Position numbers and translations under genes: made by a program
The notes under the pieces: model-generated
What the model was told of the DNA's origin: nothing
Seen by the model: the letters and a program-made list of their open reading frames with translations, nothing else
The model's database searches: none
Shown: in pieces, positions 42,611-52,289 of the stretch
How the letters are laid out: each line of letters opens with the position of its first letter
Numbering within the stretch: position 1 is the first letter of the stretch
From: Nematocida ausubeli
Taxonomy: Eukaryota
Length of the DNA stretch: 64,000 nt
NCBI RefSeq assembly: GCF_000738915.1
Contig: NW_026515635.1
Coordinates: 62,001 to 126,000 of the forward strand
Reading direction: 5' to 3'

Positions 42611-42979
42611 TCATTCATTAATCAGTGCATCCAAACTGTTCGACATCTTAAAGCACTTGCAGCAGACGTAATTTACAGAGAGGGGTTCATCACCTCTTTC
42701 ATCTTTTTTTTGGAAGATTGCATGGGTTGTGCAGTTGCATCTGCTGCACTTTCTGTGGATTCTTTTGAGGGTTGGGTCTTCTGCTATTTCCTTCCCTATG
42801 CCAGACTCAATTTCCCTTGAGGTCTTTTTGTATTCTACGGTGTATACAGTAGGGGTAACTGACTCTTCAAAGTGCTCACAGTTCTTGCATGCTAGGTAGA
42901 GCATCTTCTCAAGTTTATCTTCCTTTGGGTACAGCATATTATTGCACTCCCGGCAGAACTGCTTTGTCTCCACTGCCAT
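42611..42979 (-). CDS. RPB9: RNA polymerase II subunit RPB9
   Basis: FCRECNNMLYPKEDK..LYLACKNC, DPTL, second Zn ribbon CSRC...CCKC. Start at ATG 42979. Confidence 0.93.
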   Translation of the reverse strand: MAVETKQFCRECNNMLYPKEDKLEKMLYLACKNCEHFEESVTPTVYTVEYKKTSREIESGIGKEIAEDPTLKRIHRKCSRCNCTTHAIFQKKDERGDEPLSVNYVCCKCFKMSNSLDALINE

Positions 42980-43039
42980 TAAATTTATTTTTGCACGGGA
43001 GTCCGGGTTTTTTTGCACTGAATGGTTTGGGGAATTTAT

Positions 43040-43330
43040 TAGTGGATTAAATTGTGACAAAGTGGATTAAGTCTTGACCATCTGTCATTAATTATTACAC
43101 CACATATATTAAGTCTTGTCAAATTATCCATTACTTTTTACATATAGTGTATTATATTATGCAATATACGATTAAATACAACACAATATCCATTAATTAT
43201 TACACCACATATAAAAAGTCTTGTTAAATTATTCATAATTTATTCCGTATTATCCATAAGTCCTGCATATACCCACTAATTACACTGTATATCCATTACT
43301 TTTTACACCATATATAAAAAGTCTTGTCCT
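43040..43330. repeat. Degenerate 20-bp satellite family (AGTGGATTAAGTCTTG type), block 1
   Basis: agtggattaaattgtgacaa agtggattaagtcttgac, then several aagtcttgt copies. Confidence 0.75.
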
Positions 43331-43599
43331 TATTTCCGTCTCTTTTTTATCTTCACATTTTTCTCTCTCAGTTTCTTCTGCTTATTCAAATATTCCTTCC
43401 ACGTAGTCTCATTGAAGCCATAATTAAAGTAGTCAGTTATATCTTCGCCTGGCTTATTCCATGGCTTATCTGTACCATCATATTCTACTGTATACGTATG
43501 TAATAAATCAGAATTAAGGGCAGGCGCGTCTTCTGTGTCATGCAAGACTATCTCAAAGCCATCACTTGAGGCATCTTCATCTGTTGGGAATTTCTCCAT
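43330..43599 (-). CDS. FIP1: Pre-mRNA 3'-end processing factor FIP1, minimal (89 aa)
   Basis: [27 protein letters not shown] is the Fip1 motif. Confidence 0.92.
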   Translation of the reverse strand: MEKFPTDEDASSDGFEIVLHDTEDAPALNSDLLHTYTVEYDGTDKPWNKPGEDITDYFNYGFNETTWKEYLNKQKKLREKNVKIKKRRK

Positions 43600-43989
43600 A
43601 AATAAATAAATATATTTATGTTTATAGACTAATTATAGTGGGAAAAAGAAGGGCTGTAAGGGTACCCCCTTGGAGAGATAGATTTATTAGTGAAGTGTAA
43701 GGAGGAGTATTGTATTATTAAATTTATAATAGGGTGTAAGGGGGGACCATTGGAGGTACTTTGAAATTTAGTGGATACAAAGGGGGACCATTGGATGGGG
43801 GTAGGACAGAATATATTGAGGGAGTAACAGAATATATGGCATAATTGACAAGACTTATGGCACTTTGTGCAGGATTTAATCCACTTATGACAAGACTTAT
43901 GGCACTTATGACAGAATATATAGCACTACTTAGACAAATGCAATTTTATAACGGGGTCTTAATACAGATATTTCCAATTATATTGTATA

Positions 43990-44720
43990 ATATATTCTTA
44001 ATAAGGAAGTTAAGTAGTTGTTCTTAATATATATCCTCTTAATAAGGATATTTCCATTCTTGTCACATAATATATTCTTAATAAGGAAGTTAAACATTAA
44101 TTCTAAATATATAATACTCATCCAATAAGGATATTTCTACTCTTATCGTATACTAGTGTCTAAATAAGGATATTTCTACTCTTGTCATACACCATTCTCC
44201 CAATACGGAAATAGTCAATAATTTCCCAATACAGAAATATCCCCATTGGTCATACAATAATTTCCCAATATAGAACTTCCCAAAACGGAAATGTCCTCAT
44301 TAGTTACATAAGATTCTCTCAATAAGGAAATATTCAATAACTTCCCAATATATAATCTCCCAAAACAGAAATAAACAAAATAAATATACAATAATCTCCC
44401 AATAAGGAAATAAACAACCTACACCATTTCCAAATACAGTAATATTACCATATTCAGTAATTTCCGGTTTAATACCAATAGTTAAGCTAATTTATTGCTA
44501 TATTGAGTATATTGCGTATAGTAATACCCTTATTAAAAGTATTAATGGGGTATTCCCCTTCCAGTAATTTTCTAATAAATTTCCCAATGTGGTAATTTCC
44601 CAATAAATCATCAAGAAATTTCCCAATAAGGAAATTCCCTTAAACTCCCTATAAACTTCCCAATAAGGAAACATACGTCATCAATTTCCCAATACAGTAA
44701 TTTCCGTTATTTTTCCAAAA
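43990..44720. repeat. Degenerate TTCCCAATA / AATAAGGAAAT repeat field
   Basis: More than ten (t/c)ttcccaata-type copies and many aataagga(a/t)at copies between FIP1 and the RPL15 stop. Confidence 0.8.
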
Positions 44721-44727
44721 TAACTCC

Positions 44728-45330
44728 TTATCTATACCTTAACAAGCTAACAGTATTATTCCGTCTCCAGCATCCTCTCTTAGATCCTCCAATAGTCTTA
44801 TTTCCACCAAGTCCTCTACTCTTCTTAGTTGCCGTTGTAAGTCCCCTACATTCTCTCCTTCTATGCTTATTACTGCATATCCAGTTAATCCTACTATCAT
44901 TCCTTATATTATTAACCATAGGATCAACAAGAATCACTTCATAATGCTTATACGTTGCATCCTGACCAACCCAGTATGAATTTAGTATACGTAATGACTT
45001 TAGTCTACGTCCTACCCTTATCTCTGCTAAGGCCTGAAGGGATTTCTTTTGTTTCTGTTGATAAATACCTTGGTTAATTGGTTTACCACAGACATTACCC
45101 TTTTTAACTTGTCTTCTACGACCTCCTCTTCTGATTCTTACTCTGTAGATGACAATTCCTCGTTTTTTGGTGTATCCTAGCTTTCTTGCTTTGTCTGGTC
45201 TTGTTGATCTGTCTGTTTTGTGTACGGAATGTCTTTGTCTGTACTCCCAGCATCTTATTCTTAATAGATATCTCATTACATCTGATTGTTTGTGTTTTTG
45301 GATCTCTGCCATGTAATCATATGCTGACAT
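44728..45330 (-). CDS. RPL15: 60S ribosomal protein L15 (eL15)
   Basis: [61 protein letters not shown]. Start at ATG 45330 after CCCCTGCAAA. Confidence 0.98.
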   Translation of the reverse strand: MSAYDYMAEIQKHKQSDVMRYLLRIRCWEYRQRHSVHKTDRSTRPDKARKLGYTKKRGIVIYRVRIRRGGRRRQVKKGNVCGKPINQGIYQQKQKKSLQALAEIRVGRRLKSLRILNSYWVGQDATYKHYEVILVDPMVNNIRNDSRINWICSNKHRRRECRGLTTATKKSRGLGGNKTIGGSKRGCWRRNNTVSLLRYR

Positions 45331-45368
45331 TTTGCAGGGGTTAAAAAAAAATAAATATTTATAGTTGA

Positions 45369-46430
45369 AAAGTGGAATAAATTGTGGCAAAGTGGAATAA
45401 ATTGTGGAAAAGTGGAATAAATTGTGGTAAAGTGGAATAAATTGTGGCAAAGTGGAAAAAGTCTTGTTATTTTATATTTAAAAGTAAAAAGTTGTGGTGG
45501 AGTGGAATAAATTGTGACACTATTGAGAGAAGTGGATTAAGTCTTGGTTATTTTCGGGTGGGGTGTAAAAATTTGTGGTAATGTGGAATAAGTCTTGTCA
45601 CTTAGTAATAAATCCTGTTATTTATTACACTATGTGGAATAAGTCTTATACAAGTGACATAAGTCTTGTCCATCTCACAATAAAGTGTAATAAGTCTTAG
45701 TTATATTTATAACAGAACTTATGGCAGTTTATTATAAAGTGTGCAAGACTTAATCTACTTTAATTCAATAAATGACAGAACTTATTACACTCTTAATATA
45801 AATATGACAGTACTTATTACACTCTTAAATAGATATAAACCACTGGCATAAGTCTTGTCCAAATATTATACAGGACTTATTCCACTTAGTGCAAGACTTA
45901 TTACAGTGCCATAAGTTCTGTCCGAATAAATTACAAGAGTTTTTACACACTCTCTAATAAATTGCAAGACTTTTTACACTTTGACAGAATTTAATCCACA
46001 TGAACAGGACTTAATCCACTTTGCCAAGACTTATTACTCATGAACAGGACTTATGCCACTTGTACAAGACTTATTGCTTTATGACATAATTTAATCCACT
46101 ATAACAGAATTTAATCCACTATATTCAATAAATTACAAGACTTAATCTACTTTGCCAAGACTTATGCCACACGTGCAAGACTTAATCCACTCTCTCTAAT
46201 AAATTGCAAGACTTAATCCACTTCTCCACAATTTATTCCACTCTTGCCAGTTTCTGGGAAGACTTATTATTTTTAAATATAAAATGACAGGATTTATTAC
46301 ACCCCCTTCAAACACACCAAGACTTTTTACACTCTCTCCAAAAACCTCCAAGACTTAATCCTTTTTTTACAAAACACCCAAGACTTTTTCCACTTCTCAC
46401 AAGCACAGCAGGACTTTTTCCACTCTCAAA
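45369..46430. repeat. Degenerate 20-bp satellite family, main block with orientation switch
   Basis: Near-perfect (AAAGTGGAATAAATTGTGGN)x4.5 at 45369-45457; eight in-register 20-mers of type TTGNCAAGACTTAATCCACT at 45961-46120 in the opposite orientation. Confidence 0.9.
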
Positions 46431-46517
46431 AATTCCATTACTTCTTACACATAGTGTATTAAGTTATGCATTTTTCATAATAATTACCTTATATTAATTA
46501 TAAAATAATAAATAACC

Positions 46518-47120
46518 ATGGAGTACTTGCCAGACAGAGGACTAAACATGCAGTGTAACTCCATAATTGACACAGCAAAAATACAACAAGAAATGGAAGA
46601 CCACTCCAAAACCCGGTATAGCCCGATTAAACCTGAGATAGCCAGATATAGTCCGATTAAACCCGATATAACCCGACTTAACCCGATTATAACCCGATTA
46701 AACCCGGAGGCAGAGACAGAAGACTCAGATGAGATAAAGGCAGAGACAATCTGCCCCAAGCAAATTTATGACTCGAAAAATTGGCCAGGAATTTATTTGT
46801 CAGAAATAGAATTAACAACAAACTACCTAAAAAGCAATTATAAACCGCCATTTTCTTATGCCATACTCATAAAAATGTCTCTAACGGAAAATGAACAGCT
46901 TAGTTTGAATGGAATTTATAACTGGATCAAGCTACGGTATCCATATTACATGACAGCTGATCCTGCATGGCAAAATTCAATTAGACATAATTTGTCGTTG
47001 AATAAGATATTCCAGAAGGTGAAGCGGCCTGCAAATGAGCCTGGGAAGGGAGGATTCTGGCGGTTGAACAAGGGATTCGAACCCCCAAAGAAAAAACGGG
47101 AAAAAGAGAACAAAGCATGA
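46518..47120 (+). CDS. Forkhead (winged-helix) transcription factor
   Basis: KPPFSYAILI, LSLNGIYNWI, WQNSIRHNLSLNKIFQKV.R...PGKGGFW. Confidence 0.96.
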   Translation: MEYLPDRGLNMQCNSIIDTAKIQQEMEDHSKTRYSPIKPEIARYSPIKPDITRLNPIITRLNPEAETEDSDEIKAETICPKQIYDSKNWPGIYLSEIELTTNYLKSNYKPPFSYAILIKMSLTENEQLSLNGIYNWIKLRYPYYMTADPAWQNSIRHNLSLNKIFQKVKRPANEPGKGGFWRLNKGFEPPKKKREKENKA

Positions 47121-47640
47121 CTTTTTACATGTAGTGTAGAAAGTCTTGGGTGGATTTGTGTTGTAATTAGTCATAAAATAGGACAGAACTTAATACTGTA
47201 TGTGTAGAAAGTAATGATTGTAAATTGTACAGAACTTAACACAGTATGTGTAGAAAGTCTTGGTGAAATGGACAGAATATATGGTACTGGTGTAAAAAGT
47301 CTTGGATATGCATTGTAATTAGTTAGAATATGCAAGACTTATAGTACTAGTGTAAAAAGTCTTGTTTTTTGTGCATGACTTATTACACTATATGTAGAAA
47401 GTTTTGATTGTAAATTGGGCATGACTTATTACGCTGTGTGTAGAAAGTTGTGTCTTTAGGGAATGATTTAGCAATAAATTAGGATGAAAATGTTTTGGGT
47501 TATTTATTAGAGGATTAAGTATTGTCAGTCTTGGGAAAAGTGCCATAAATTCTGACAATGTGGATTAAGTCTTGTAATAGTGGATTAAGTCCTGTCTGTT
47601 TCAAGACACAGTGGATTAAGCCTTGTAAGATAATTATAAC
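47121..47640. repeat. Degenerate 20-bp satellite family, block 3
   Basis: Repeated aaagtcttgg, acagaactta, gcatgactta, gtggattaagtcttgt. Confidence 0.75.
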
Positions 47641-47646
47641 CAGAAT

Positions 47647-48039
47647 TTATTCTATTATGACAATTACAATTCTCTTCTTCATGTCTTGCTGCACCTCCAG
47701 GCGCACTTCTTTTTCGCGTGCCCAGAAGACCCTTTGAACTACTTCTGGGAGCAAGGGAATATTCATCTCTGGCGTACTTGCAGTCCACTTCTCCTGCAAT
47801 CGTATGATCTCACGCTTTGTCGCTTTTGAGGTGGCCCTGGTGCCTTCCCTCCAGCCCAATAGGGGAAGTATCTTTTTGTTTATTATTTCGCCTGTCCTGG
47901 TGTCTTGCCGTATATTATGGTGTATAAGTAGCTTAGAGGCCAGCACGCTCCCAAGTCTACTGAGTATCCCAGGGTACATCTTGTTCTCATGGAAGTACTG
48001 CACGGTGCATGCAGCTAGTATGCGTATCCTTCTGTCCAT
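47647..48039 (-). CDS. Hypothetical protein (weak resemblance to RNase P subunit Rpr2/Rpp21, but lacking the Zn cysteines)
   Basis: 130-aa ORF starting 2 nt after the UTP14 stop; RRIRIL.. and KATKREI..IPLLP loosely parallel Rpp21. Confidence 0.45.
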   Translation of the reverse strand: MDRRIRILAACTVQYFHENKMYPGILSRLGSVLASKLLIHHNIRQDTRTGEIINKKILPLLGWREGTRATSKATKREIIRLQEKWTASTPEMNIPLLPEVVQRVFWAREKEVRLEVQQDMKKRIVIVIIE

Positions 48040-48041
48040 AA

Positions 48042-48953
48042 TTATAAAAGTGTTCTTTTTTCTTTTTCTCTGGAAATAAGTCTGTCTAAGAGGGTGGCAG
48101 GCTGGTTTATGGCTGGGATGATTGTGTCATCTGCCTCCTTTGGGTTAATTTGTGCTGAATACTTCTTGTTTCTTGTTGTGCTAGAAAGTGACTCATTTAT
48201 AATTAAATGGGAAGTAGCAAAATCCTTTCGTTTTCTAATCGTAATTCCAGTTCTTGTAATTTTTTTTGTGTTGGACGGATTTTTTTTTGTTTCCAAAGAA
48301 GCACCTCCCCAGGAATTCCACCCTAAAAGTGTTTCTTCCCTTACTTCTGGGGCATCACTCTGTTCGATTTTTATCTTTTCTGTGACGAATTGGTCTACCT
48401 CCAAGATACTCTCAATGGCAGATGGTGAGTCCTTGGGGGTCGTGGTTCTTTGGAGGGTGGTATTTTCGGTGGATTTTTCCTCTTGCTGGTTTTCAGTTGG
48501 GAGCGAATTTATTTCACAGAGATTTTCTTGGTTTTTCTTGATGTGCTGGTTTATTAATGAAATTACATCTGGGTTTTCACTTTTTGCAGGCCTTTCAAAG
48601 GGCATTTCATCTTCATCCTCTAATTCTATCTGTATTTTCATATTTTCAGTTAATTTTCTTTGCTTTTCTTCTCTCTTTACCTTTCTGTAGGCTTTACTTT
48701 TAATCCTCTTGCTCCATATATTACTTTGCGCTACTCTTGCATCAACTTGTTTTTTTCTTCTTTTTTCCTTCACTCTGTCTGGGTCTGTTATGTCGGCTAG
48801 CTGCCTCTCTAGCTCAGTCTCTATCAAGGGCTGCAAGATAGAACCTTCTTCTAGCTTGCTTACAGTAGATTCGTATGACTTTGTCTTCTCCACTGGTTTT
48901 GTCTTCACTTTTTCCGTGTGCTGCGTGAGTAAGTCTTCGTATGAAATCTGCAT
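48042..48953 (-). CDS. UTP14: U3 snoRNP-associated protein Utp14, strongly reduced
   Basis: KRIKSKAYRKV, TLLGWNSWGG, RKRKD..SHLIINE match Utp14 blocks (KIKSKxYH, LPGWGSWGG, RKD...VIINE). Confidence 0.8.
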   Translation of the reverse strand: MQISYEDLLTQHTEKVKTKPVEKTKSYESTVSKLEEGSILQPLIETELERQLADITDPDRVKEKRRKKQVDARVAQSNIWSKRIKSKAYRKVKREEKQRKLTENMKIQIELEDEDEMPFERPAKSENPDVISLINQHIKKNQENLCEINSLPTENQQEEKSTENTTLQRTTTPKDSPSAIESILEVDQFVTEKIKIEQSDAPEVREETLLGWNSWGGASLETKKNPSNTKKITRTGITIRKRKDFATSHLIINESLSSTTRNKKYSAQINPKEADDTIIPAINQPATLLDRLISREKEKRTLL

Positions 48954-48964
48954 AAAATATTTTC

Positions 48965-49417
48965 ATGGAGTACTACTGTAAAAAGGACGCTCTTTCGGAA
49001 GGAGTCCTTGTAAGGACCGAATTACTTTGTGACTTGAACAATTCCCACATCCAAGAAGCACTAAAGAACAAGAAAATCAAGGAGAAATCTGTCTTCCTGC
49101 CGTATTACTTGGTAGATGCACTAGTAACCACGGAGTATTTGCAAGTAAAGGAGTTAATTACAGAGAAGAGTGTGAAGGAAATGGAAGGGGCACCAGAATA
49201 TGTAAATCTGCAGGGAAAGATACTTTACAGGATAGTCAGTAAAATATGCAAGAAATACGCAATGGAAGAAGAAAGGGAGACTGTGAGGCAGATGCACCTG
49301 GCGCGCGCAATAAAATGGGGAAGTCTTCTAGCAGAAGACGGAGAGGAAGAGGGCTGTGAGCGGGAAGAGGAAGAAATCTTGCATGCCGGAAGGACAGCAT
49401 GGCGGAGTGGAAGGTAA
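48965..49417 (+). CDS. PSF3: GINS complex subunit Psf3
   Basis: YY..DALSEG..V....DL, LPYYLV.AL, APEYVNL and C-terminal E.EI...GR parallel Psf3; size fits. Confidence 0.65.
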   Translation: MEYYCKKDALSEGVLVRTELLCDLNNSHIQEALKNKKIKEKSVFLPYYLVDALVTTEYLQVKELITEKSVKEMEGAPEYVNLQGKILYRIVSKICKKYAMEEERETVRQMHLARAIKWGSLLAEDGEEEGCEREEEEILHAGRTAWRSGR

Positions 49418-49482
49418 ACTAAAATAAAGAAGTGTTTTCTGTTGTAGAGTGTTTTTGTAGGGTGTTTTGAGGGAAAAATAAA

Positions 49483-49554
49483 TGGTCGTGCCGAGAATCG
49501 AACTCGGGTTATCAGATTCAGAGTCTGAGGTGCTAACCGCTACACTACACAACC
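49483..49554 (-). tRNA. tRNA-Gln (anticodon CTG)
   Basis: GGTTGTG/CACGACC acceptor stem, TAGTGTAGCGG A box, TCAGA-CTCTGAA-TCTGA anticodon arm, GTTCGATTC T loop, downstream T-tract. Confidence 0.97.
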
Positions 49555-50173
49555 CCATAAATTATGGAATATTGGCAGTTCGTTCGGGTTATATATTCAT
49601 ATACGTTAGAATGTGTAATATTCAGGATGTCCTGTGTACTATGTGTGTATGGTAAGATAGTGGGGTGGTTTGTCTGTTTATTTATTCGGGTTATTTCTAT
49701 TATAAAAATGTAATTGTTGTGTGCACAGCATAGTATATGATGGTATGCATGGTAACCACAATAGCAGTTTAATTTGCCTTTGTTTACATTAAACATGATG
49801 TTAATTAGTGGATTTGTTTACTTTGATGAATCTCGAAATTAAATATAGACTAAACTATTTAAAGAGTTAAGTTCTCAAATAGAGACTAAATTTTAAGAAT
49901 TTCTTCTTTAAGAAGTCTAGCATGTAGCTAAGACGTATGCAGTAGATGTATTTGTAGCATGAATAGTACTGTAAGTGATAATTGTTTTGGGTTATTTCTG
50001 CTGCAAGTTATAATTGTTCTTGGTCAGTGGTGACTATTCTCTGGTTATACAGGATATGTGCACACTGCAAGGGTGTTTTAGTGTATTCGGGTTATATTTG
50101 GGCATGCTTTATTTTCTGTCTAGATTGACTATTCTATGACTCTGTGAGTTTGTTGCAAGTGTTTATCACTGTA

Positions 50174-51160
50174 TTAATTATGCATATCCCGTGTAAAGTA
50201 CATTTCTTGCCTTTTTATTACACTTTCTTGTGTGGCCAGTCCTTTGAATTCTTTTGCCTCTTTTACTCCTAGCTTATGGAGGGCTGCTTTGTGGTCTTTT
50301 TTCATAAAGTGCAGAGAGTACTCTTTTTCTTGTGTGAAGACTTTCTTGCATATTTCGCAGTTGTATTTCAGTCTTTCTGGCTTTGTCCTGGGCAAGTACT
50401 TGTCTAGCCTGATGGTTTTTATTTTTGTGTGCTTAATTTCTTTGTTGAGTAGATTTCTTATGTAGTCTTTGTGCCTGAATACATATTTTCTGTAGAGGTA
50501 GTCTATTCTGGATATTTCATGGAGGGCGAGTTTCAAGTAAATTGCCTTTGTTTCTTTGTGGGCATTTGAGAGACTATGCCTGGTCCTCATTTTATCTGCT
50601 ATTGTGCGCCTGCAGAGTATGCAATATGACTTATTTAGTATTCCTGGTTGAATTTCTTTGCTCTCTTTGAGGTGTAGAAGAGTCTTGCTTGATTTTTCTT
50701 TTGGGATGGAGTTTTTTGTGCATATTTTGTGGGTAGTGAAATATTCACTTGAGACATTCTTTCTTAGAACTCTTTCTGGGAGGGTCTTTAAGTATTTTAC
50801 TATTCTTCTTTTTACTTCTGCTTCTTCGTAGGGTGATTTATAGCACGCACTTTTCTTCTCTTTAATATTCTTTAAGAATTCTTTATACCCATACAATGGG
50901 TTTAGCCATGTGAATATGTCTTTTATATCTGGGGAATCTTCTGTTTCCTGTGATATTTGTGTGTTTCTGGTTATATTATAGAGTATTTTATGTTTTATTT
51001 GGATTAGTCTACAGGATATCTGGTCAAGAATGGTTCTCCTTTGTGTATTTACATATTCCAGTTGATTTACGTTTAAAAGTATCTCTTCTTTGTCTTTTAT
51101 CTTATAGTACTGCACTATGCTGTGCAGTAGGTCTGTGTACATTGCAGTGAGCGCAGTCAT
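50174..51160 (-). CDS. SF3A3/Prp9-like matrin-type zinc finger protein, divergent
   Basis: YNCEIC..F....Y..HF...DH..AL.KLGV...KEF parallels the SF3A3 C-terminus (YNCEICGN....F.RHF.E.RH..GMR.LGI....F); second finger YCILC...H..S..H. Confidence 0.65.
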   Translation of the reverse strand: MTALTAMYTDLLHSIVQYYKIKDKEEILLNVNQLEYVNTQRRTILDQISCRLIQIKHKILYNITRNTQISQETEDSPDIKDIFTWLNPLYGYKEFLKNIKEKKSACYKSPYEEAEVKRRIVKYLKTLPERVLRKNVSSEYFTTHKICTKNSIPKEKSSKTLLHLKESKEIQPGILNKSYCILCRRTIADKMRTRHSLSNAHKETKAIYLKLALHEISRIDYLYRKYVFRHKDYIRNLLNKEIKHTKIKTIRLDKYLPRTKPERLKYNCEICKKVFTQEKEYSLHFMKKDHKAALHKLGVKEAKEFKGLATQESVIKRQEMYFTRDMHN

Positions 51161-51561
51161 TCTTGTAAAATATTATTTTATATTTATAGGTATTGAATGA
51201 ATATGTAGATGTATTTCGGGATATTAAGGATATAAGGCGTGTCTTGCAGGAATATATGTGGATGGAGTGATAGTGTTAATGGGAAGATATTTTGTTGTTT
51301 TATTATGATGATTTCGGGTTATATCTGATTATATTTGGGGGGTTGGGGTTAAATGCTTATTTTTTGCCTGTGTGTGTTCTTTTGTGGGTTATTCTACTGC
51401 ATAAATATTTCTGCTTATTTTGGTTATTCGGGTTATATGCAGAGTAAATGAAAAGTGGTTTTGCTCTGTGCAAATTAGACATATTCAAAATATGTTTGAT
51501 TTTATAGGTTGTTTATACAAGTGTAAGGTGGAAAGCACTTATTTAGCTTGGAATATTTTTT

Positions 51562-51629
51562 TATTGCCAGTAGCTCTATATAGTAGTAATTTTAAATAAA
51601 TTTTGTCTTTAGTTTTCTAGTTGGCAACA
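51562..51629 (-). mobile_element. ~70-bp dispersed element, copy 4
   Basis: tattgccagtagctctatatagtagtaattttaaa..tctttagttttctagttggcaaca. Confidence 0.6.
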
Positions 51630-52289
51630 AAATTAATTTCTTGTGTGTCTTTTTGTCTTACAGTATATAAAGGTATTTAACTAACACTCTCTTGATACTT
51701 TTCTGTGGCTTGTACATCTTATAGTTATGGTTTCTTATGGGTTTATGTGTAAACATATGCAATTTATTGGTAATACAGTGTGTGTTCTATCTTTTCTGTT
51801 TTCTCGCTTTGTTTTGTCTTTCTTTGTTGCTTTATTCTGGGTTCGCATTGAATGTTCATGGGGTTATTCATTTTTGCTAGATTCTTCTATTTTTCTGTCG
51901 TACTTTGACTTTCCTAAAAAATCAACTCTTTCAGAAAGAAAAGTATAATCTGTACAGATTTCTTTTATTACAAGATTAAATTAAAGAATTTAAAATAGAA
52001 AAATATATTAAAATATATATTATAGTAAGAAGAATAGGCATAAATACAACAGGAAAAAATGAAAAACGAAGAAACCACGTGAAGTCAAGTATTTAGCACA
52101 GTAGAGCACTAGAAATGAAAAGATATAAGTATATGCAGATATAAAAGCACCAATTATCTCTAACAGATAAATTCAAATATTATATATCTCTACACAGTAA
52201 AAGCTCAAATAAAATAAGTACAAGAAGGATCTTTAAGAGAAAAATCATAAGCTGTCTATTTAATAATAGATGTTTCACAGTGAACTGTC

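Noticed and set aside
45331..45450. N-terminal extensions in the ORF track (RPL15; also RPB9, cmk, DcpS, the 8105 start)
   Set aside because: Mostly non-ATG starts or read-through of upstream repeat/promoter DNA; homology or the neighbouring gene points to the downstream ATG.
45369..46430. CRISPR-like array
   Set aside because: Units abut with no unique spacers, are degenerate, and there are no cas genes; the context is eukaryotic.
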